Shown one piece after another: positions 53,036 through 64,000 of a stretch of 64,000 bases of DNA. The DNA is taken from assembly GCA_964016885.1 (NCBI GenBank), contig OZ024744.1, positions 85,250,001 to 85,314,000 on the forward strand, written 5' to 3'. Position 1 is the first letter of the stretch, and each line of letters opens with the position of its first letter. This stretch comes from Eledone cirrhosa. Lineage: Eukaryota. A program made the translations under genes and the position numbers. The notes beneath the pieces are model-generated. The model was not told where the DNA came from, searched no databases, and saw nothing but the letters and a program-made list of their open reading frames with translations.

Positions 53036-54084
53036 CCTTTTATATAATGCTATTTGTTTATATTTAATTTTAAATACAATCTATTTTCCTATAATACATT
53101 AAAGGTCTCATTATATTGTTATCTATCCATACTGAATAAAGTATAATAAAGCTATAGGAAAAAATGTGTAGTTGTTTACAGGTCCAATTAGTTAAATCTC
53201 TTGTGCTATTAATATACATTATATTATGTTATAAGTGAATCCCATATATATAATGCTATTAATTTATATATTTAATTATAAATATAATATATTTTCCAAT
53301 ACTACATTAAGTGTCTCATCATATTATTATCTATCCATTACTGAATATAATATTAGCAAGCTATAGTGGTTATATTAAATGGTGTTAGCTTTATGTTTAT
53401 TCCTAATAGTTATTGTATAATAAAAGTTTGAGATAAAAAGGAGAGTTAGGTAGAGTGATGAGCTGATCATAGAGTGTGATGCTGGGGTGTACATGCTGAT
53501 AAGACCTAGAGGTGGGGGTATATGCTGATAAGACCTAGAGGTGAAGTGTTAATGGTCGTGAGGAATTCAGATCTGACATTGTTATATATTAGCAGCTAGG
53601 TTTAAAGCTATGGAAAGAGTGTCGGTGGTAGATATGTGTATACGCCTCATGCATTTGCACTCTCTATACGCTTGCATATGTACTGCTAGTGTCCTCGTTT
53701 TACGAGTAACTTTCTACCTTAATGCCTCTTTGTTTTTCTATTCCCTTGTAATCTCTGCCGCATGCATTCCACTCTGTGCCATTTTAATTTTTAATTTTTA
53801 ATTTTTAATTTTTAATTTTTAAATTTTAATTTTTAATTTTTAATTTTTAATTTTTAATTTTTAATTTTTAATTTTTAATTTTTAATTTTTAATTTTTAAT
53901 TTTTAATTTTTAATTTTTAATTTTTAATTTTTAATTTTAATTATTGTAAAATTCTCTTGAAATCTGTCTCATTCATTCATTCCACTCTGTAAATACGAAA
54001 CTGTTGTTGACAACATTAATATCCATGTATCTATATGATTGTTCAGTTGAATAGGAGGTTAATTATATGTACAAACATTGCTAC

Positions 54085-54131
54085 TGCTCCGATGATTTCA
54101 AACGAAAGTTTGGAAGAAACGATTGTCAGCA
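54085..54131 (+). ncRNA. Type I hammerhead (family C, U4C core)
   Basis: TGCT-CCGATGA-TTTCAAAC-GAAA-GTTTGGAA-GAAAC-GATT-GTC-AGCA, overlapping AATAAA. Confidence 0.65.
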
Positions 54132-54216
54132 ATAAAATGATTTGAACATAGCTTTGATTATTGTGTAATTTATATTCCGGCTTTGTAGTAAAACATCTCA
54201 TGTATTTACATTGAGC

Positions 54217-54840
<624 letters not shown>

Positions 54841-55046
54841 AAATATCTTTAAGTCGTTTGGAAGCCTCGACAATGCAAATGGGTAAATCTCCGGGTAACA
54901 AGGTCCGGTCGTGGAGAGAGAGATGTAAGTGGGTGTGCGTTGAGATGCGTGGTGTGTATAAGATGTGTAAGATGTGTAGAATGAAAGGAAGAGTATAAAG
55001 GATAAAATTAAAATAACAACACAAGAGAGAGTTACCTTGGGAGAGA

Positions 55047-55082
<36 letters not shown>

Positions 55083-55121
55083 GATATTAACAAATGGAAA
55101 CTATATTTATAAAACCATATG

Positions 55122-55186
55122 TATTTCATTATACATATTTCAAGGATACCATGTTAAATTATGGTATGCCTTCATCAGACAAAATA
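55122..55186 (-). ncRNA. Type I hammerhead (family A)
   Basis: Near-identical to 23883-23947, with canonical CTGATGA/GAAA. Confidence 0.78.
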
Positions 55187-55328
55187 CAATATATACCAGT
55201 TTTATAGTTGTATATAGTGTATTATATCAGTTGTGCTTTATATCAGTTATAAAAATATTTGCTCGTTGTATCCCAACAATTTAAATAGAACTTTTGCATA
55301 TATATATATATATATATATTTATTTTAT

Positions 55329-56192
55329 AAAAATACAAATATTAATAAAATAGATGTACTTTTTATCAATTACATTTTATTATACATATTTCAAATGTAC
55401 AACAGTACGTCTGATGAGGACGTACTATTGTACATCTGAAATATGTATAATAAAATGTAATTGATAAAAAGAACATCTATTTTATTAATATTTGTATTTT
55501 AATATTAATGACTCTGGAAAATTATTTACCTTAGAGTGCTTCCAATCTACTGTAAAACTCATTCTTTGATATACTCATTGAATATTGTTTAACTCTTTAA
55601 TATATATATGTAAAAGGAAAAGAAAATGCCGACAAATTTTTCCTAGTGAAAAATAGTTTAATTACGAATATGTATAAATTAGTAATAAGTATTAGTTAGA
55701 TTTTTGCTCTAATCAGATTAGATCAAAAATGACGAGCACTCTATCTCAAAATTATTTTTGAAAAGCATTAGAAATGCGCAACGGGTAAAAACTTTAAACT
55801 AAAACTGAATACTAACTAATACTTATTACTAATTTAATTTATACATATTCGTATTTAAACTATTTATCACTGGGAAAAATTTGTCAGCATTTTCTTTTCC
55901 TTTTACATATAAATATATATATTAAAGAGTTAAACAATATTCAATGAGTATATCAGAGAATGAGTTTTACAGTAGATTGGAAGCACTCTATGAAAAATAA
56001 TTTTCCAGAGTTATTAATATTAAAATACAAATATTAATAAAATAGATGTTCTTTTGATCAATTAAATTTTATTATACATATTTCAGATGTACAACAGTAC
56101 GTCCTCATCAGACGTACTGTTGTACATTTGAAATATGTATAATAAAATGTAATTGATAAAAAGAACATCTATTTTATTAATATTTGTATTTT
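55329..56192. repeat. Nested palindrome: ~370-bp arms, ~110-bp spacer, each arm containing an ~170-bp hairpin
   Basis: 55329-55699 is the reverse complement of 55812-56192. The inner hairpin 55329-55500 has loop TGATGAG. Confidence 0.95.
55411..55456 (+). ncRNA. Hammerhead core (family D) lacking the 5' strand of stem I; mirror copy at 56066-56111 (-)
   Basis: CTGATGA-GGACGTAC-TATT-GTACATCT-GAAA-TATGTA-TA-ATAAAAT. Confidence 0.62.
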
Positions 56193-56247
56193 AATATATA
56201 TATATATATATATATATTAAAATACAAATATTAATAAAATAAATGTT

Positions 56248-56289
<42 letters not shown>

Positions 56290-56539
56290 ACATTAACAAT
56301 ATGGCTAACAAAACCTAAAAGCACAAAAACATAAGGCAGACAAAACAACAAAAACAATATAAACAAGGCATTCAATTGCTCTTTTATCCTCCTCCCCCTC
56401 CCCCTCTACCACCTCTCTCTCTATATATATATATATCCCCCCCTCTCACTACTGTTGGATATACTTGCAACTCTTCAGCGCCTTGGTATTCTGTTTAATT
56501 AAGTACTTTAACCGATGTCTTGAGCTTCTATTATTTACC

Positions 56540-56610
56540 CCTCAATCCCTATCTCTCCGTCTGTCTTTCTGTCTTTCTTTCGCTCTCTCTCTCTCTCACT
56601 CTCTCACTCC

Positions 56611-56642
<32 letters not shown>

Positions 56643-56952
56643 TTCTCCCTCTCCCTATCACTCTGTCTCTCCCTCCCCCTCTCTCTCTGTCTGCCTTTCT
56701 GTCTTTCTCTCTCTGCCTCTCCCTATCACCCTCTCTCTCTCTCCATCTCTCTCTCTGTCTCTGTCTGTCTTTCTCTCTTTCTCTCTCTCTCTGTCTCTCC
56801 GTCCCTCTCTCTCTCTGTCTGTCTTTATCTCTCTCTCTCTCTCTCTCTCTCATTGTCCCTATCTCTCTGTCTGTCTTTCTGTCTTTCTCTCTCCCTCCCT
56901 ATCTTTCTCGCCCTTTCTCTCTCTCTGTCTCTCTCTCCCTATCTGTCTGTAT

Positions 56953-57002
<50 letters not shown>

Positions 57003-57087
57003 ATCTCTCTCTCTCTTTCTCTCTCCCTATCTGTCTGTCTTTCTGTCATTCTCTCTCCCTATCTCGCTGCTTTTCTCTCTCTCTCAC

Positions 57088-57159
<72 letters not shown>

Positions 57160-57285
57160 TCTCTCTCTCTCCCTCCCTCTCTCTCTCTCTCTCCCTATCT
57201 ATCTGTCTGTCTTTCTGTCATTCTCTCTTCCTATCTCTCTCTCCCTTTCTCTCTCTTTGTCTCTTTCTCTCTCCCTATCTCGCTG

Positions 57286-57341
<56 letters not shown>
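56540..57341. repeat. (CT)n degenerate polypyrimidine tract
   Basis: Direct reading. Confidence 0.97.
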
Positions 57342-57342
<1 letters not shown>

Positions 57343-57479
57343 GGAACTAAATTATAAGAAACAATACCATCCCTCCATCCCTCCACCCATCCACCCATCT
57401 ACCATCTATCCAACTATCTAAACAATGAAATACCCACTATCTCTTATCTAAATCTAAATCTATAGTTTCCATAATGGTT

Positions 57480-57860
57480 TGAGCCTAGGAGAAAATTTCT
57501 TTAGGGGTTAGTAGGGAGTAAACAGCGTTCTTATTAAAAACAAATTATCGCTGCCCCTTTTTTCTTTTAACGGATCTAAAGTGCACACATTTCCTCATGA
57601 CAAGGCCAAGATATTTTTGCTCCTTAATTCCCACCCTACAATATTCTAAATGACCTGACCCCTGCCCACCTCCTTCCGTTTGTCCTACTAAAAATGTTGA
57701 TGCTATCATCTCTGTTTATCGCCTTAGCCTGCAGCCTTTTTGGTGTCATCACTGGCTTTGATGTTTTCCAAGCACCCGCGACCCCCCACCACTCCACCAC
57801 CACCCCTCCCGTAACAACTGACAATGTCCCCGTTGTTATTTCCCATAAACGTCGCCCCTC
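57480..57860 (+). mobile_element. Old CR1/Jockey-group LINE ORF2 fragment
   Basis: Frameshifted peptides VNSVLIKNK..FNGSKVHTFPHDKAKIF and FDVFQAP..DNVPVVI resemble the pre-RT region. Confidence 0.45.
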
Positions 57861-57894
57861 CCACAATGATTTAATTATTTATTTATTTATTTAT

Positions 57895-57929
<35 letters not shown>

Positions 57930-58142
57930 GAGGTTAATGTTATTATTATTGTTGTTGTTGTTGTTGTCGTTGTTATTGTTACTGTTATTGTTGTTATTGT
58001 TGTTGTTGTTGTTATTGCTATTATTGTTGTTGCTGTTGTTATCATTGTTATTGTTGTTGTTATTGTTATTGATGTTATTGTTGTTGTTGTTGTTGTTGTT
58101 GTATTGTTGTTGTTGTATTGTTGTTGTTGTTGTTGTCTTTGC

Positions 58143-58179
<37 letters not shown>

Positions 58180-58310
58180 GCTATTCTTGTTGTTAATGCT
58201 ATTATTGTTATTGTTGTTGTTGTTGTTGTTGTTGTTGCTGTTGTTATCGTTGTTATTGTTGTTATTATTATATTTGTTGTTGTTGTTATTGTTATTGTTG
58301 TTGTTGTTAT
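57895..58310. repeat. (GTT/ATT)n microsatellite
   Basis: Direct reading. Confidence 0.95.
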
Positions 58311-58311
58311 A

Positions 58312-58990
58312 ATTTTCCTCTGTCTGGTGGCCGTTGCGAAAGAGGTAATATGGTGGTGGTCGTGGTGGTGATGGTGGTGATGATGGTGGTGGTAGTGGTG
58401 GTGGAGATGGTGGTGGTGATGATGATGGTGGCAGTGGTGGCAGTGGTGGTGGTGGTGGTGGTGGTGATGGTGGTGGTGGTGGTGGTGGTGGTGGTGGTGG
58501 TGGTGGTGATAGCGAAGGATTGAAAACAGACACTTTTCTCTTCGGCCAATCCCTCATCAACTTCTTCAAGTTTCACCTGGAAAGGAAGGTGAGGGTGGAG
58601 AGAGAAGTGCTGCACCCCAGTACATTTGCTAAAAGGTGGGTGAATCTGGCGAGAATGGTCCGTGTGAATGGGCCTCTTCTGACCATGCGCCTATAGGCTA
58701 GCTAACTTGAGGAGAGGGGTTGCTCTCTCAAGGTGCCCTAGAAACGCAGGGTGGTTAAGGATTGGTAGGTAGGGTACCTGAGTCATCCCTGGGTCGTCCA
58801 CCCCCTATAGGGGAATTTATTTTGTTATATTTATACATAGTTTATTTTATAATTGTTATATCTTCATTGTTAAATTAGTCTTGCCATTGTGCACTTTTAC
58901 TTGACCTTATTGTAAATTGTAAACCCCTCACTGTCCCTGTCTTTGTATTGTCCCCTACATGTCGGCCCTTGTGGCTAATAAATGAAATCA
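58312..58990 (+). mobile_element. L1/Tx1-type LINE 3' fragment interrupted by (GGT)n
   Basis: FLCLVAVAKEVIWW-[GGT tract]-EGLKTDTFLFGQSLINFFKFHLERKVRVEREVLHPSTFAKRWVNLARMVRVNG, homologous to the ORF2 ends of copies 1 and 2. 3' end GTGGCTAATAAATGAAA. Confidence 0.9.
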
Positions 58991-59009
58991 TTATTATTAT
59001 TATTATTAA

Positions 59010-59532
59010 GGGCGGTGGAGTGGCAGTATCAGTAGAGGGTCGGGCGCCATACTTTGCAGCAAAAAGTTACGGCCCTTTATGGTCTGAGTTCAAATCCCGC
59101 CGAGGTCAACTTTGCCTTTCATCCTTACGGGGTCGATAAAATAAAGTACCAGTAATGTACTGAGTATTTTGCTGGGCTTGTGCTAAAAGTAGAAACAATT
59201 ATTATTATTATTGTTGTTGTTGCTGTTATTGTTATTGTTGTTATGTTGTTATTTTTGTTGTTATCGTTGTTATTGTTGTTATTAATTTCATTGTTGTTAT
59301 TATGTCCCCTACATATCGGCCCTTGTGGCCAATAAATGAAATCGATATTATTATTATCGTTAGAGCGTCAGACGCCATGCTCTGCAGTATAGAGTTACGG
59401 CCCTTTATGGTCTGTATTCAAATCCAGCCGAGGTTAACTTTGCCTTTCATCCTTATGGGGGTCGATAAAATAAAAATACCAGTAATACACTGAGGTATTT
59501 GCTAGCCTTGTGCCAAATGTAGAAACAATTAT
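59010..59532 (+). mobile_element. Two SINE copies, each following a LINE 3' tail
   Basis: SINEs at 59010-59200 and 59360-59532. The LINE tail TGTCCCCTACAT..AATAAATGAAATC is duplicated at 59303. Confidence 0.85.
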
Positions 59533-59534
59533 CA

Positions 59535-59717
59535 TTGCTGTTTTTATTGTTGTTGTAGCTGTTGTCGTCGTCGTCGTCGTCGTTGCTGTTGTTGTTGTTG
59601 TTGTTGTTGTCGTCGTCGTTATTGTTGTTGTTCTTATTGATGTCGTTGTTGTTGTTGTTATTGATGTCGTTGTTGTTGTTGTTGCCGTGGTTGTCGTCGT
59701 CATCGTCGTCGTCGTCG

Positions 59718-59748
<31 letters not shown>

Positions 59749-60140
59749 CATTGTTTTCGTCGTTGTTGTTGCTGCGGATGTTGTTGTCGCCGTTGTCGTT
59801 GTTGTTGTTGTTCTTGTTATTTGACTATAGGATATAATACATGGAATATTGATATAATACACGGAATAGGATGGAATATTGAATTATGTTAATGTCGGCG
59901 AACGCCGCCATTTCTGGCGTAGAAATTATTATTATTTTTATTTTTTATTTTATTATATTTTTATTTTATTTTATTTTATTTTATTTTATTTTATTTGTTT
60001 GTTTGTTTGTTCGTTTGTTTTTACTCGAAGAACCGAGCACGTAGAACGGGCGAAGAAGAAGAAGAAGAAGAAGAAGAAGAAGAAGAAGAAGAAGAAGAAG
60101 AAGAAGAAGAAGAAGAAGAAGAAGAAGAAGAAGCAGCAGC

Positions 60141-60198
<58 letters not shown>

Positions 60199-61244
60199 TC
60201 ATCTGAACTTCTAGTTCACCATTCTTTGGCAAGTTCCATTTTATGCCAGGAATAAATGAATTAAAGATTAAATCAGTGCAAACAACAAAAGATCTGTGAC
60301 AGAAGCGAAATTTGGTCATAGAATTAGCAACTAATACCATAACAATATACTGAACCCCTAACCCTTGTCTTGTAATAATGGCATTCAGGTTTGTGTACTT
60401 TATTATTCATTTGTTCCTTTCCTATCCTTTATTTTATTTACTTATTTATTTATTTCTATATGTATGTGTTTTTTTTATTTATGCGTTTATTTATGTATTT
60501 ATTTATTTATTTATGTGTTTATTTATTTATGTATTTATTTATGTGTTTATTTATGTGTTTATTTATTTATGTGTTTATTTATTTATGTGTTTATGTATTT
60601 ATTTATTTATGTGTTTATTTATTTATGTGTTTATTTATTTATGTGTTTATGTGTTTATTTATTTATGTGTTTATTTATTTATGTGTTTATGCGTTTATTT
60701 ATTTATGTGTTTATTTATTTATGTGTTTATTTATTTATGTGTTTATTTATTTGTGTTTATGCGTTTATTTATTTATGTGTTTATTTATTTATCCATGTGT
60801 TTATTTATTCATGTGTTTATTTATTCATGTGTTTATTTATTTATGTGTTTATTTATTTATGTTTATCTATCTATTTATTTATTTATGTGTTTATCTATTT
60901 ATTTATGTGTGTATTTCTTTATTTATGTGTTTATATATTTTATGTGTTTATCTATTTATCTATTTATTAGCTGTATAATTTTCAAGGATTATATTTGTTG
61001 ATAAGAGAATTTGAGATTTTACTCAAAATGTATGTTATGTTTACAGGCGGTTTTTATCTTCACAATTTTCAGAAACTTATCGATGTAGGACTGAAATAAG
61101 TTTTTGTTGTTGTCGTCGTAGTTGTTCTTGTTGTAGACAATGTTGTTGTGGTTGTTGTTGTTGTTGGTGTTGTTGTTATTATTTATGTTTTGTTGTTGCT
61201 GCTGCTGTTGTTTTTGTTGTTGTTGCTGCTGCTGCTGCTGCTGC

Positions 61245-61306
<62 letters not shown>

Positions 61307-61600
61307 TTGTTGTTTTTATTTTCTGTTTTGTTTTGGCTGCTGGTGCTGTTGTTGTTGCTGCTGCCTCTGTTGTTGTTATTGTTATTGTGGTTGCTGTGGT
61401 TGTTGTTTTTGTTGTTGTTGTTGTTGTTTATGTTGTTGTTGTTGTTGTTGTTGTTTGTTGTTGCTGCTGTTGTTGTTTATGTTTTCGTGGTTGTTAATTG
61501 TGTTGTTATTGTTGTTGTTTATGTTTTCGTTGTTGTTGTTTTTGTTGTTGTTGTTGTTAATGTTAATATTGTTGTTGTTGTTGTTGTTGCTGTTTGTTGT
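59535..61600. repeat. Microsatellite field: (GTT/GTC)n, (GAA)n(GCA)n(GTA)n, (TTTA/TGTG)n, (GTT/GCT)n
   Basis: Direct reading. Confidence 0.93.
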
Positions 61601-61884
61601 CTTTCTTTGTCGGAAAAAAACAACAAACAAAAAAACAAAACAAAACAAGAAAAAAATATTGATAATCTTATATATAAGAAAATGTTGTTTTCAAAATATG
61701 ACAAAAGATTTATCATTTATTGTGGTTGTCATATGACTGCATTATGAGAAAAAGAAAACAATGAAAAAAAACAATAAAAACAACGAGAACAACGAAAACA
61801 ACGAATAATAACAAAACAAAATGATACCCTGAACAATAATTATCATCATACTATGATTAAAACATAATATATATATTTATATAT

Positions 61885-61917
<33 letters not shown>

Positions 61918-62153
61918 AATATATATATTATGTTATATATATATATATAGATGAGATTCTACAGGAATAGAACTGTTTTATTATTGAGAAATCATCAGGA
62001 ATCTGACTGTCCAAGTAAATATGGTGGTATTTATATCTTTTCTGGTGGTAGGAGAGGGTGGGGAGTGGGATGGGTGGAGGTCATTGGTTGAAAGAAAAGG
62101 GAATTCATTAAAAGCTAATTTTTAAAGCTCTAATTTATTTAGTTGTGTGTGTG

Positions 62154-62185
<32 letters not shown>

Positions 62186-62247
62186 TTAGAAAGTGAGGTT
62201 TTTTTTACAAAATGAAAAATAACCGAGGTGTCCTATACGAGTGAAAG

Positions 62248-62536
62248 TATAAAGAAAAAGAGATGAAATCGAAAATGCAACTGGAGTCTTATTTTTAAAA
62301 AAAATATATATATTTATTTGGTTCCTTTACAGGTTTTGCAGTTCTTCTGCTTTTCAAAAGGTGAGTTGAGATGGAGGGTCTGTGGTTTTTCTCACATGAG
62401 AAAAACCACAGACCCTCCATCTCAACTCACCTTTTGAAAAGCAGAAGAACTGCGAAACCGGTAAAGGAACCAAATAAATATATATATTTTTTTTTAAGAT
62501 AAGACTCCAGTTGCATTTTCGATTTCATCTCTTTTT

Positions 62537-62543
<7 letters not shown>
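62248..62543. repeat. ~295-bp near-perfect palindrome with a 2-nt loop
   Basis: ...GTGGTTTTTCTCA-CA-TGAGAAAAACCAC... Arms of ~147 bp, ending at (TA)n on the right. Confidence 0.96.
62430..62467 (+). ncRNA. Degenerate minimal hammerhead (family E)
   Basis: CCTT-TTGAAAA-GCAG-AAGAA-CTGC-GAAA-CCGG-TA-AAGG, then AATAAA. The core has two deviations from CTGANGA. Confidence 0.5.
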
Positions 62544-62571
<28 letters not shown>

Positions 62572-62600
62572 ATATTAATTTATATATATATACGTATATA

Positions 62601-62687
<87 letters not shown>

Positions 62688-62696
62688 TATTCTATT

Positions 62697-62955
62697 CTAA
62701 GGCGGGTAAAATTCCCGAGATCCATGGACGAGTTCTCTCCAGCAGTCTCTGTCCCTCATTATCGCTGCCATGTCCTGCGTCTCCAACAGACCAGTGTCTG
62801 TCCTTAGGGCATCAACATACGTTAACCTTGGTCTTCCACTTCTAGTGTGTCCATGTAGGGGCTCCCAAAGGAGCACTGAGTGCAATCTCATCTCTGGATG
62901 TCGGTGAGCATGTCCAGCTAACCTCAGTCTCCTCTGTGTCACTTTGGAGCTGACT
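62697..62955 (-). mobile_element. RTE-clade LINE 3' fragment
   Basis: [39 protein letters not shown]. Confidence 0.85.
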
Positions 62956-62967
62956 TTTATGTTTTCG

Positions 62968-63041
<74 letters not shown>

Positions 63042-63254
63042 GCTAATGTTAATATTGTTGTTGTCGCAACGTATACCTTCCTGCCAGATTGTTGAACGTC
63101 TGAAAGTATATACTTTCCTTATGCATATTAACGGCTGAGCAGCATAATTTGCATATCGAGTGAGTTAATCGGCCGGGGTACCGAAAACGATAAACGGAAA
63201 AAATGAAGGAAAGTATATACTTTCAGACGTTCAATCATCTGGCAGGAAGGTATA

Positions 63255-63295
63255 CGTTGCTGACGATAGCTAATAAGCTTGAAACTAGTACATCG
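63255..63295 (+). ncRNA. Minimal type I hammerhead (family F)
   Basis: CGTTG-CTGACGA-TAGCT-AATA-AGCTT-GAAA-CTAG-TA-CATCG. Canonical core with palindromic CTAG. Confidence 0.75.
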
Positions 63296-63684
63296 TTCCT
63301 TTATCAGTGTTGAACAAATGAGCAACGATGGTTGCTAGACACTGTGCAGCTTAATACGGGATGTTTGTTTACAAACACACTGAGCATTATAATAAATGTT
63401 CGGTGAATCCATACGTACATATATATATGTGTGCATGTATGTATATATATATAGATACTACTGTATGTCTGTATACATATATGTATGTACGTATACATAC
63501 TTATATTTAAGTAACAGCCGTACTAAGAGTGAGAAATGAAATTTCGTTTCATTTTTTTACATTTATCGTTTTCGGTGCCCCGGCCGATTAACTCACTCGA
63601 TATGCAAATTAGGCTGCTCAGCCGTTAATATGCATAAGGTAAGTATATACTTTCAGACGTTCAATCATCTGGCAGGCAGGTATA

Positions 63685-63725
63685 CGTTGCTGACAATAGC
63701 TAATAAGCTTGAAACTAGTACAGCG
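63685..63725 (+). ncRNA. Second family F hammerhead (G8A core change)
   Basis: CGTTG-CTGACAA-TAGCT-AATA-AGCTT-GAAA-CTAG-TA-CAGCG. Confidence 0.6.
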
Positions 63726-64000
63726 TTCCTTTATCAGTGTTGAACAAACGAGCAACGATGGTTGCTAGATACTACGGCTTAATACGGGATGTTTGTTTAC
63801 AAACACACCGAGCATTATAATAAATGTTCGGTCAATCCATACGTACATATATATATATGTGTGCATGTATGTATATATATATATACATACTACTGTATGT
63901 CTCTATACATATATGTATGTACGTATACATACGTATACATACTTATATATAGATATATATATGTATATATATATATATATATATGTGTGTATGTATATAT

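Larger units (their letters stand above)
63066..63945. repeat. Hammerhead-containing unit in tandem (period 430 bp) with an inverted 5' copy
   Basis: 63210-63505 matches 63640-63945 directly. 63066-63197 is the reverse complement of 63561-63690. Confidence 0.92.

Noticed and set aside
52333-53635. Penelope RT or GIY-YIG coding remnant between the inverted arms
   Set aside because: I could not read any supporting motif by eye. A TBLASTN search would be needed.

Overview
AT-rich eukaryotic (animal) repeat-dense DNA with no convincing host gene. The SINE and LINE families look cephalopod/octopus-like; this is from memory, not a database hit. Contents: (1) very long GT-skewed simple repeats and two minisatellites (54 bp and 71-72 bp); (2) two near full-length L1/Tx1-type LINEs plus a 3' fragment; (3) a CRE-type RT+RLE retrotransposon whose PHD-finger-bearing 5' half is inverted; (4) a scrambled Gypsy LTR element with an extended tRNA-Trp primer-binding site; (5) a non-autonomous Helitron, RTE and CR1/Jockey-like fragments; (6) roughly 30 tRNA-derived SINE copies. 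The most notable unannotated signal is about 14 type I hammerhead-ribozyme motifs from at least six distinct sequence families. Most have a palindromic or near-palindromic stem III and a downstream AATAAA, and most lie in fold-back inverted duplications that end at (TA)n tracts. They look like non-autonomous Penelope-like or retrozyme-like units. Most ORFs in the supplied track are microsatellite artefacts.
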